Part shown: positions 1-6,389 of the stretch, one piece after another
Layout: every line of letters begins with the position of its first letter
Position numbering within the stretch: position 1 is the first letter of the stretch
From: a virus
DNA: 64,000 nucleotides
Direction: 5' to 3' (one strand)
Virus record (IMG/VR): IMGVR_UViG_3300021226_000189
Position numbers and translations under genes: made by a program
Notes under the pieces: model-generated
What the model saw: the letters and a program-made list of their open reading frames with translations, nothing else
Told to the model about the DNA's origin: nothing
Databases searched by the model: none

Positions 1-92
1 CGACAGAAACGAGTGCATCTGCAAGGAAGAATTGGCGGGAAGTTCCACAGTGGTAGCCCGATTCAATTAAAAAACTAGACTAAACTCAGGAC

Positions 93-302
93 ATGCCGAA
101 CACAATGAAATTCCAATCGTTCCTACTCACTACTGACCATGTCAATGGCATGGTGAAAGCATTGAAGCAAGCAGGTTTGCGCGTAGAGCGTAATTCTGGA
201 ACAGTCAAAGCTTTCCACAATGACAAGAGAATCTTTGCAGCCTTGCAGAAAGGTCGCAATCAGCCTTGGATTGTTCGCCATGTCGTGGGATTGTTCAATT
301 AA
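93..302 (+). CDS. Early small hypothetical protein (69 aa)
   Basis: ATG 6 nt after TAAACT; stop is the TAA of the next repeat. Confidence 0.8.
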   Translation: MPNTMKFQSFLLTTDHVNGMVKALKQAGLRVERNSGTVKAFHNDKRIFAALQKGRNQPWIVRHVVGLFN

Positions 303-324
303 AAAACTAGACTAAACTCAGGAC

Positions 325-555
325 ATGACCTTACAAATTAAAACATCTTACGTCTCTCCCACGAATACTAAAGGCGCGAAAATCAAAGCCACATTCAATG
401 GCAAGACCGTTTCGGTTCCTTTCAATTACGCTCTGAACTCAGAAGAACGTCATGAAGAAGCAGCGATTGCTTTTGCTGACAAGCATGGATTGAGCATGAA
501 GCTTGGTGCAATCCGCTCTCATGACAAGGGTTATTTTTTCAAAATTGTTTCATGA
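325..555 (+). CDS. Early small hypothetical protein (76 aa)
   Basis: ATG 6 nt after TAAACT; PTNTKGAKIKA motif typical of small phage early proteins. Confidence 0.8.
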   Translation: MTLQIKTSYVSPTNTKGAKIKATFNGKTVSVPFNYALNSEERHEEAAIAFADKHGLSMKLGAIRSHDKGYFFKIVS

Positions 556-570
556 TGGTATGGGAAAAGT

Positions 571-600
571 CCCCTCTCCTTGGTGGTGCTTGGAGAGGGG
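571..600 (+). terminator. Stem-loop upstream of cassette promoter
   Basis: CCCCTCTCC/GGAGAGGGG 9-bp stem; no U-tract. Confidence 0.6.
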
Positions 601-634
601 CAATCCAATTAAAAAACTAGAATAAACTTAGGAC

Positions 635-793
635 ATGCAACATCTTGTATTTATTATCCATGAAAAATTCGTCGCCTATCGGATGGGCAATCAGTATGGT
701 ACGCATCCAATCGGCGATGACACGGTGCAAAGCGTCATCGACTATCTCATGAAAGTCATCAATTTCAAGACAGTAGAAATCATTCACCATTAA
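635..793 (+). CDS. Early small hypothetical protein (52 aa, MQHLVFIIHEKF...), not in ORF track
   Basis: Translated by hand; ATG 6 nt after TAAACT; ends at the TAA of the next repeat. Confidence 0.75.
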   Translation: MQHLVFIIHEKFVAYRMGNQYGTHPIGDDTVQSVIDYLMKVINFKTVEIIHH

Positions 794-815
794 AAAACTA
801 GCGTAAGATTTCAAC

Positions 816-918
816 AGAGCGTCATCTAAGTGCATAGGATTCTGGAATTGGGAGATATTCGTCTAAATTAGGATACCCGACATCAGAGAATGAGAATTTG
901 CAACTCTCCGCTCTACCA
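816..918 (+). ncRNA. tRNA-shaped RNA with extended anticodon arm and 3' ACCA
   Basis: Starts where the ATG sits in other cassettes. AGAGCG(816-821)/CGCTCT(909-914) stem plus ACCA, with D-like, anticodon-like and T-like arms in cloverleaf order. Confidence 0.6.
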
Positions 919-944
919 TTAAAAAACTAGACTAAACTTAAAAC

Positions 945-1133
945 ATGACCAGACGATACACTAACCAACTGTTGGAACTCATTGATAACGGAGTGCTAAA
1001 TGCCGATGACGTTCTTCGCTCATGCCTGAATTACATGTCAGAAGCAGAAGTTGAAGACATGGCAATCAGTGAGGAATACATTGAGGAAGAAGAAGAAGAA
1101 GAAGAGGAGGAGGAGGAAGAAGAAGAGCAATAA
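945..1133 (+). CDS. Early small acidic protein with poly-Glu tail (62 aa)
   Basis: ATG 6 nt after TAAACT; GAA/GAG run; stop in next repeat. Confidence 0.8.
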   Translation: MTRRYTNQLLELIDNGVLNADDVLRSCLNYMSEAEVEDMAISEEYIEEEEEEEEEEEEEEEQ

Positions 1134-1155
1134 AAAACTAGAACAAAATACCGAC

Positions 1156-1263
1156 ATGCTTTTGATTTGTTTATTTTTTCTCACTCTAATTGTTATGGGT
1201 ACGCGCTCCCATCTTCTCGGTGCCATCATCGTTATGGCATGGACTGCATACTTCATGTGTTAA
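1156..1263 (+). CDS. Early small hydrophobic peptide (35 aa, MLLICLFFLTLIV...)
   Basis: ATG 6 nt after CAAAAT; this is the 3' half of track ORF 1051-1263. Confidence 0.65.
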   Translation: MLLICLFFLTLIVMGTRSHLLGAIIVMAWTAYFMC

Positions 1264-1288
1264 AAAACTAGAATAAAATTGGTTCATC

Positions 1289-1474
1289 ATGAAAACGACA
1301 CTACTTATCCTTGCCGCAATCCTTGCAATCCTTGCACCTTTCGGAGCTATCTTTGCAACCTTTCTATGTGAGGGGGAAATCGATTATTTTCAATTCATCT
1401 CTGGAATTGTAGCAATCATCGGTTCTCTCTGCTCTCTGATTCTGATTGTAGAAATTCAGAAGACAGTGAAATAA
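1289..1474 (+). CDS. Early small membrane protein, two TM segments (61 aa)
   Basis: Two hydrophobic stretches; follows repeat. Confidence 0.75.
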   Translation: MKTTLLILAAILAILAPFGAIFATFLCEGEIDYFQFISGIVAIIGSLCSLILIVEIQKTVK

Positions 1475-1496
1475 AAAACTAGCCTAAGATATTGAC

Positions 1497-1742
1497 ATGA
1501 CGAAAACCAAATTTCACAATCAAGATGGTACACTCACTGGTTACTCCTTTGGATGCGGATACGTGGAGCTTTACGGCGGCAAGGGGGAAGCAAGAGCAAC
1601 TCTTTCTCGTGAGCCTAACGACTTTCATGTCAAAGGATTTGACGAAAACGGGAAACATTTTTGGGAAGTCTTTAACCTTGTCAAAGATGCTCGCAAATTT
1701 GCTCGCAAAATGGCGGGGAAACTCACCAACGGTCCCCGATAA
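1497..1742 (+). CDS. Early small hypothetical protein (81 aa)
   Basis: ATG 6 nt after TAAGAT; stop in next repeat. Confidence 0.8.
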   Translation: MTKTKFHNQDGTLTGYSFGCGYVELYGGKGEARATLSREPNDFHVKGFDENGKHFWEVFNLVKDARKFARKMAGKLTNGPR

Positions 1743-1763
1743 AAACTAGCGTAAGATTGAGCC

Positions 1764-1838
1764 ATGCCTGACATTACTACCCTATCCGATAGCGACCTGC
1801 AAGACCTGATCGACTTCATGCAAGGTGTGACAAAATGA
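1764..1838 (+). CDS. Early peptide (24 aa, MPDITTLSDSDLQDLIDFMQGVTK)
   Basis: ATG 6 nt after TAAGAT; translated by hand. Confidence 0.55.
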   Translation: MPDITTLSDSDLQDLIDFMQGVTK

Positions 1839-1882
1839 CGCACCTTGCACCATTAAAAAACTAGCCTAAGATTATTACCGCA

Positions 1883-2056
1883 ATGAAATATTCCATCAAC
1901 TCCACTGTAGTCGTCTCCCCTATAAAAGGTGACGTTTTCTCTTACGAATTTCAAGGAACTGTCATCGACTTCATCAAAGAATCGAATACTTACATCGTTC
2001 AAGATCAAGACGATGACGTTTTTGAAGTCTATGAAGATCAAATCACCGCCTTGTAA
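1883..2056 (+). CDS. Early small hypothetical protein (57 aa, MKYSINSTVVV...)
   Basis: Translated by hand; ATG 10 nt after TAAGAT; stop in next repeat. Confidence 0.7.
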   Translation: MKYSINSTVVVSPIKGDVFSYEFQGTVIDFIKESNTYIVQDQDDDVFEVYEDQITAL

Positions 2057-2077
2057 AAACTAGCCTAAGATATTGAC

Positions 2078-2233
2078 ATGCCTAGATATTCTATCGAAAT
2101 CACGTATCCCTCTGGAATGATCGCTTTCATGTCCTACAATGGGAGAACAGAATGGTGCTATTCACAAGCACGTCATCACATGAAGACATGGGTGCATATC
2201 CATGGAATCAAACCACGCCTTGTAAAAAACTAG
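2078..2233 (+). CDS. Early small hypothetical protein (51 aa, MPRYSIEITYP...)
   Basis: ATG 6 nt after TAAGAT; ends on the TAG inside the next repeat. Confidence 0.7.
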   Translation: MPRYSIEITYPSGMIAFMSYNGRTEWCYSQARHHMKTWVHIHGIKPRLVKN

Positions 2234-2263
2234 AGTAAACTGATACCGTAACCAATACACACC

Positions 2264-2506
2264 ATGTCCAACAAAACTATCATCACCAAATTCGTAAACG
2301 GCGCAACCACTGGCAAAAATTCCACTCGCTCGCTTTTCATTGAGGGGGATACGATTTACTCGTATGGGTATCACTTCCCGCTTGCTCGTCGCAATGCTGA
2401 CGGCACTTTCTGGGTAAATCCTGACAAGTACAGTGTCACCACTAGCAAGCAGCAAGGCATGGTGCGTTGCGCCATTGCTCACTCTAACGGAAAATTTTCG
2501 GCGTAG
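2264..2506 (+). CDS. Early small hypothetical protein (80 aa)
   Basis: Follows repeat with a short leader; YSYGYHFPLA and YSVTTSKQQ motifs. Confidence 0.8.
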   Translation: MSNKTIITKFVNGATTGKNSTRSLFIEGDTIYSYGYHFPLARRNADGTFWVNPDKYSVTTSKQQGMVRCAIAHSNGKFSA

Positions 2507-2517
2507 TCATGGCAAGT

Positions 2518-2547
2518 CCCCCTCTCACTGTGGTAAGTGAGAGGGGG
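2518..2547 (+). terminator. Stem-loop upstream of cassette promoter (second copy)
   Basis: CCCCCTCTCAC/GTGAGAGGGGG 11-bp stem; same AAGT and CAATCC flanks as 571-600. Confidence 0.6.
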
Positions 2548-2581
2548 CAATCCTATTAAAAAACTAGCTTAAACTTGGGAC

Positions 2582-2857
2582 ATGACCGACTTGCAACAAG
2601 CTACTTACTGGTTAAAGACTCATTACAAGTTCCGCCATGATGGTTGGACTAAAAGACAATGCGCTTTGATGATAAGCCATATGCGCCCAGGTTTTTTAGA
2701 CTTCATGATGAAGGTAAATAAGCCTGGCGACTTCGACATAAAAGACGGTTTTTTCCACTTCGGACAAATTCAAACCAGAAAAGACTTGGTGAAGTTTTGG
2801 ATTCGTCAACTAAGACAGTTGAAAAATTCACCACAAAAGACAACAAAACGGAATTAA
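2582..2857 (+). CDS. Early small hypothetical protein (91 aa)
   Basis: ATG 6 nt after TAAACT; stop in next repeat. Confidence 0.8.
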   Translation: MTDLQQATYWLKTHYKFRHDGWTKRQCALMISHMRPGFLDFMMKVNKPGDFDIKDGFFHFGQIQTRKDLVKFWIRQLRQLKNSPQKTTKRN

Positions 2858-2882
2858 AAAACTAGCTTAAACTGATTGCACC

Positions 2883-3023
2883 ATGAAGCCATACGCTAAC
2901 ATCCGACTCACTCAACGCGAGCGTCAAATTCTCGCAACTCGTATCCGCCTGAATCGTAAGCACAACAAGCAACGATTCACCCGTAAAGATGCGCACGACC
3001 TTGCTTTCATCCTTTTCGCGTAA
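2883..3023 (+). CDS. Early small basic protein (46 aa, MKPYANIRLTQRER...)
   Basis: Translated by hand; ATG 9 nt after TAAACT. Confidence 0.7.
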   Translation: MKPYANIRLTQRERQILATRIRLNRKHNKQRFTRKDAHDLAFILFA

Positions 3024-3048
3024 TTAAAAACTAGCCTAAGATACTGAC

Positions 3049-3315
3049 ATGCCTACTACACTTATCACTGGTAACACTTATCCCGTTAAAGACCAAATCA
3101 AAGCTTTGGGGGGGCGATGGAACTCAGTCCGCAAGGGTTGGGAAGTCCCCACTGCTAACGCTGAAGAAGCGCAAGCACTGGTGGAAAGCGCACCACGTTC
3201 AAGCGGTCGCAACGGTCGCGTGTCGTTTGAAGTCCGCACAAGCGGTGGCACGTTCTATCGCAACTATAACGGTCGCTGCGAAGATGCACCGTGCTGCGGA
3301 TGCTGCACGTTCTAA
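3049..3315 (+). CDS. Early protein with C-terminal GRCEDAPCCGCC Cys cluster (88 aa)
   Basis: ATG 6 nt after TAAGAT; N-terminal TYPVKDQIKALGGRW motif. Confidence 0.8.
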   Translation: MPTTLITGNTYPVKDQIKALGGRWNSVRKGWEVPTANAEEAQALVESAPRSSGRNGRVSFEVRTSGGTFYRNYNGRCEDAPCCGCCTF

Positions 3316-3337
3316 AAAACTAGCGTAAGATACTGAC

Positions 3338-3448
3338 ATGTCAATCACTGCCATGCTCAAGCAAGTCCGCGCTTCTCTGAAGCAAGTCAAGTCCGCTATC
3401 CGCAAGGAAAAGCAGATTCAAAAGAAACTCATTAAAAAACTAGCCTAA
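3338..3448 (+). CDS. Early small basic helical peptide (36 aa, MSITAMLKQVRASLK...)
   Basis: ATG 6 nt after TAAGAT; reads through next repeat and stops on the TAA of its TAAGAT. Confidence 0.65.
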   Translation: MSITAMLKQVRASLKQVKSAIRKEKQIQKKLIKKLA

Positions 3449-3460
3449 GATAGCTGCACC

Positions 3461-3661
3461 ATGAAAATCGAACTCGGTAAACGCTACGTGATGAGAAACG
3501 GAAACATCACTCCACCACTCCGTGCCACTAAGTTGAAGGGTACCTTGTACCCGTTCATCGCGGATCTCCCTGATGTCATCGGGATCAGTGAATGGAGTGT
3601 TGAAGGTTTTCGATACTCTGAAAAATATGAATCGGAATATGATCTTATCGCAGAAGCCTGA
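3461..3661 (+). CDS. Early small hypothetical protein (66 aa)
   Basis: ATG 9 nt after TAAGAT. Confidence 0.75.
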   Translation: MKIELGKRYVMRNGNITPPLRATKLKGTLYPFIADLPDVIGISEWSVEGFRYSEKYESEYDLIAEA

Positions 3662-3690
3662 TTAAAAAACTAGCCTAAGATAGCTGCACC

Positions 3691-3873
3691 ATGATTTACA
3701 AAAATCACACAATCCTGATGGCTTGGAGCCTTGACAAAGGCAACAAGGGTTACGATGTCCTCACTAAAGATGGGAGAATCTGGTTTCTCACTCTGTTAGA
3801 GGCTAAAGCTTGGATTGACTCCAAGCAACTAGCGATTGCAAACCACCATAGCCCAATGAACGGGCTATGGTAA
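3691..3873 (+). CDS. Early small hypothetical protein (60 aa)
   Basis: ATG 9 nt after TAAGAT; stop in next repeat. Confidence 0.75.
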   Translation: MIYKNHTILMAWSLDKGNKGYDVLTKDGRIWFLTLLEAKAWIDSKQLAIANHHSPMNGLW

Positions 3874-3898
3874 AAAACTAGAATAAGATAGTGTCGTC

Positions 3899-4123
3899 AT
3901 GAAAATCATTCCACTTCCCACTAAGTTCCACGCTGGCATCGACAAGGGTAAACTTGTCGCTCATGAGTTTGTCTCATTCCTTGTGAATGAGTGCGGTGCT
4001 GTCAATACTACTGGCAAGCCGCTTTACAATACAGCGGTGAAAGACTTGCTGATTGAAGGACGTGCAATCACTCGCTGCGAGATTGACACGTTCAAGTATA
4101 AAGCACACTTCACCTTGGCTTAA
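3899..4123 (+). CDS. Early small hypothetical protein (74 aa)
   Basis: ATG 9 nt after TAAGAT; stop in next repeat. Confidence 0.75.
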   Translation: MKIIPLPTKFHAGIDKGKLVAHEFVSFLVNECGAVNTTGKPLYNTAVKDLLIEGRAITRCEIDTFKYKAHFTLA

Positions 4124-4147
4124 AAACTAGCCTAAGATAACTGCACC

Positions 4148-4432
4148 ATGAATAACATGAACACCACCACCATCACTGCCGCTCACGTCGAAGCTTTCCT
4201 TGCTTTCATGTCCCCTTCAGCGGGACAAGTGATTGAACTCCCGAATGATCGGGTGCTTCTCCACTTCACTGAAGACGGAACAAACCGTGTCGCATGGATA
4301 CCGCAAGGCGCGAGCATTCACCCGATGAACGTGCAAACGATGAAGCTCACGCATTTGAGTGCTGGGGAGCTTGCGATTGTCCTTGACAAATTCAAGAACC
4401 CAAGGACTGCGAAAGTCCTCGGGCATGTCTAA
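4148..4432 (+). CDS. Early small hypothetical protein (94 aa)
   Basis: ATG 9 nt after TAAGAT. Confidence 0.75.
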   Translation: MNNMNTTTITAAHVEAFLAFMSPSAGQVIELPNDRVLLHFTEDGTNRVAWIPQGASIHPMNVQTMKLTHLSAGELAIVLDKFKNPRTAKVLGHV

Positions 4433-4505
4433 CATCTAGCATCTAACGCCCTCGTGTCCTAACGGATGTGAGGGCAATTAAAAACTAAAGTAAGATAGTC
4501 CTGTC

Positions 4506-4763
4506 ATGATTACTGTCGATCAATACAATGCCATCAAGAAGGAACGTGCGCAAGCCGTTAAACTCAATGCTTCCTATCGCATGAGCGGACAAAAGCACAT
4601 GCAAGTCCCTCTCCCTGAGCTTCCCCCTAAGCCTAAAAAATGGGTATTAGAAGATCAAGAAGGTAACTATGAAGGCACCTTCTGGGACAAAGCAGAAGCA
4701 GAAGATTGCGCTGAATATAACGGTTTCAAAATCTTTGAAATGGATTTTGACAAGTTCATCTAA
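4506..4763 (+). CDS. Early small hypothetical protein (85 aa)
   Basis: ATG 9 nt after TAAGAT; last cassette. Confidence 0.75.
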   Translation: MITVDQYNAIKKERAQAVKLNASYRMSGQKHMQVPLPELPPKPKKWVLEDQEGNYEGTFWDKAEAEDCAEYNGFKIFEMDFDKFI

Positions 4764-4784
4764 CATCTAACATCTAACATCTAA
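4757..4784 (+). repeat. (CATCTAA)x4 tandem heptamer
   Basis: Read directly; related run at 4428-4446. Confidence 0.9.
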
Positions 4785-4821
4785 CGCCCTCGTGTCCTAA
4801 CGGATGCGGGGGCGTTTTTTT
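4785..4821 (+). terminator. Intrinsic terminator closing the early array
   Basis: 13-bp stem (with G-U pairs), TAAC loop, T7 tail. Confidence 0.85.
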
Positions 4822-4832
4822 ATGTACTCGCA

Positions 4833-4905
4833 TTCTAGTTTTTAAGAGGGTGTTTTTAAAAACTAGGGGGGGTTGTTAGGATTTGCTTCTAGTTTTTAAG
4901 AGGGT
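4833..4905 (-). repeat. 19-bp direct repeat TTCTAGTTTTTAAGAGGGT x2 (array motif in reverse orientation)
   Basis: 4833-4851 and 4887-4905; forward TAAAAACTAG between them at 4857-4866. Confidence 0.9.
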
Positions 4906-4970
4906 CGGGGGACGGGGGGTTGCCATGGCAAAATAATTTTTTATATAATTCTTGGAAATTCGACTATTGA

Positions 4971-5057
4971 AAAAAATTTTTTTATTATTTTTTCGGGATT
5001 TTTTCCATATTCGCGCCCTCCTCAAAAAATTTTTTTTATTATTTTTTCGGGATTTTT
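4971..5057. repeat. ~34-bp imperfect A/T-tract direct repeat x2
   Basis: AAAAAATTTTTTT(T)ATTATTTTTTCGGGATTTTT at 4971-5004 and 5024-5057. Confidence 0.85.
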
Positions 5058-5058
5058 C

Positions 5059-5190
5059 TTATAGGAATTTCAACCACCTAATGAGTTCTGCTATTTTCAC
5101 CATGCAGTCTCCTATGAGATTCACCCATGCTACCATTGTCCCTATTATCCAGAGGAAAGCAAAAATCTCATGTTTATCGTTTCTATCCAT
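5059..5190 (-). CDS. Small hydrophobic protein (43 aa, MDRNDKHEIFAFLW...)
   Basis: Translated by hand; start overlaps the end of 5183-5461. Confidence 0.45.
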   Translation of the reverse strand: MDRNDKHEIFAFLWIIGTMVAWVNLIGDCMVKIAELIRWLKFL

Positions 5191-5461
5191 TACTCAACAA
5201 TTTTTTCAATTTCTCTTCTGCGTCTTCCAATCGGGAATGAGTCCATCCTTTGGCTCCCCATTGTTCGTTACTTGGTGCATATTCAGCCGCTGCTACTTCG
5301 TTACCCATGATAGTTCTTCCATCATGACTTTGGATTTGGATTACTTCCCAATTCTCATGTTTATTTCCTTCTTGGGTTCCTTTGAAGATTGCGAAGTCTC
5401 CCTCTCTTTTGTATTGGTAGAAAGTGTATCCGTTCTTTTTATATTCTGTCAGGATTTTCAT
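5183..5461 (-). CDS. Hypothetical protein (92 aa)
   Basis: ORF with TTGACA-N16-TAAATT-N6-ATG promoter. Confidence 0.8.
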   Translation of the reverse strand: MKILTEYKKNGYTFYQYKREGDFAIFKGTQEGNKHENWEVIQIQSHDGRTIMGNEVAAAEYAPSNEQWGAKGWTHSRLEDAEEKLKKLLSNG

Positions 5462-5497
5462 TTACGTAATTTAGCATAGAGAATCCTTTTGTCAATA

Positions 5498-6355
5498 TCA
5501 CATAATGGAGATTGTTCCCATGTGTTTACCGATCATGATATTGAACATTTCATCTAAAGCATATTTGAATTGATTGAGATATTCCCAAGCTTCGTCTTCA
5601 TCTTCCAACCGATAATTACGTGCTGTGGATTTACCCCATGCTTGTCTGTTGGTGTCTTGGAGAAATTCTGGAGGATCATTGAATTCCAATTCTCCATCAT
5701 GTAGTAACCAATAAGCGAATGCTTCATGATAGAATTCTGCGGGTCTTACGAGTTTCCCCATTCTTGCACTACGGAATTTACCGATCTTTTGGAAGAAGTC
5801 TCTTATATAATAATCAGATGAATAACGTAAATCTCTGGAATTACTTGTGTTGATATTATAAGCTTGTTCGAAAAGATTTTTGAGGATGTTTGATATGTTT
5901 CTATTGATATAATTCAAATCGTTATATCTTTGTCTGAATGTCGCAGCGAAAGCATGTCCTATTCTATGAGCGATTGTCCATGGAGTCAGAGGGACTTTCT
6001 CGGCTGCGGCATTGTTGGTGAAGAAGATGGTGATTTGATCTCTTTCTGGTTGGGGGTAATCTCTACCAGCTTCCAGACCAAGATTTTCTTTTAGATATTC
6101 GGGTGTGACTAAACCTTTTTCTGCTTCTTTCCATGCGTTTGGTTTCTTTACGAAATACAAATTGAAATCCCAATTACCAATTCTATTGAAAGTGTTTTCG
6201 AGCTTTTTCAAACCAGCAGGAGATGACAAGATACCAATGGATGCTTTGTCATATCCGTGTCTGTTCTTTTTATCTTCCCACTTACCAATCTTTTGTAGAT
6301 TGGTCAGAGCCATTTCTTGGTAGATTTGTTGTAGGGAGATTTCGTCTTTGTTCAT
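5498..6355 (-). CDS. Late hypothetical protein (285 aa), possible internal head protein
   Basis: TAAATA-N5-ATG; N-terminus ...LQQIYQEM. Confidence 0.8.
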   Translation of the reverse strand: MNKDEISLQQIYQEMALTNLQKIGKWEDKKNRHGYDKASIGILSSPAGLKKLENTFNRIGNWDFNLYFVKKPNAWKEAEKGLVTPEYLKENLGLEAGRDYPQPERDQITIFFTNNAAAEKVPLTPWTIAHRIGHAFAATFRQRYNDLNYINRNISNILKNLFEQAYNINTSNSRDLRYSSDYYIRDFFQKIGKFRSARMGKLVRPAEFYHEAFAYWLLHDGELEFNDPPEFLQDTNRQAWGKSTARNYRLEDEDEAWEYLNQFKYALDEMFNIMIGKHMGTISIM

Positions 6356-6389
6356 TCTATTATTTAATCAATAAAGTCTCTATTTCATT

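Larger units (their letters stand above)
69..4505 (+). repeat. Array of 21 dispersed promoter-like repeats (T)AAAAA(A)CTAG-N2-TAnnnT-N6/9-ATG, one per cassette
   Basis: A-tract/CTAG core read at 69, 301, 611, 792, 921, 1132, 1262, 1473, 1741, 1855, 2055, 2224, 2558, 2856, 3026, 3314, 3434, 3664, 3872, 4122 and 4480 (CTAA variant). Each is followed after 2 nt by TAAGAT/TAAACT/TAAAAT (CAAAAT once). Confidence 0.95.

Noticed and set aside
846-883. Archaeal-type bulge-helix-bulge intron in the tRNA-like RNA (would give tRNA-Pro)
   Set aside because: A 4-5 bp helix and one 3-nt bulge exist, but no register gives both a paired anticodon stem and correct 37/38 splice positions
617-4435. Minus-strand track ORFs within the early array (617-835, 1038-1256, 1625-1843, 1853-2041, 2162-2482, 3199-3405, 4217-4435) and the poly-Lys ORF start at 1051
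   Set aside because: They are shadows of plus-strand cassettes that have their own promoter and start signals
69-4505. CRISPR array interpretation of the repeat/spacer pattern
   Set aside because: Spacers are about 100-350 bp and variable, nearly all are ORFs, the repeats are degenerate and promoter-shaped, and no cas genes are present
69-4505. Integron cassette array
   Set aside because: No attC R/L boxes (RYYYAAC...GTTRRRY) or long imperfect inverted repeats; no integrase in the window
4866-4919. G-quadruplex
   Set aside because: G-runs are present, but one loop is about 30 nt; kept only as part of the boundary finding
4952-5479. 175-aa plus-strand ORF
   Set aside because: Low-complexity Phe-rich translation of A/T repeats, antisense to better-supported genes
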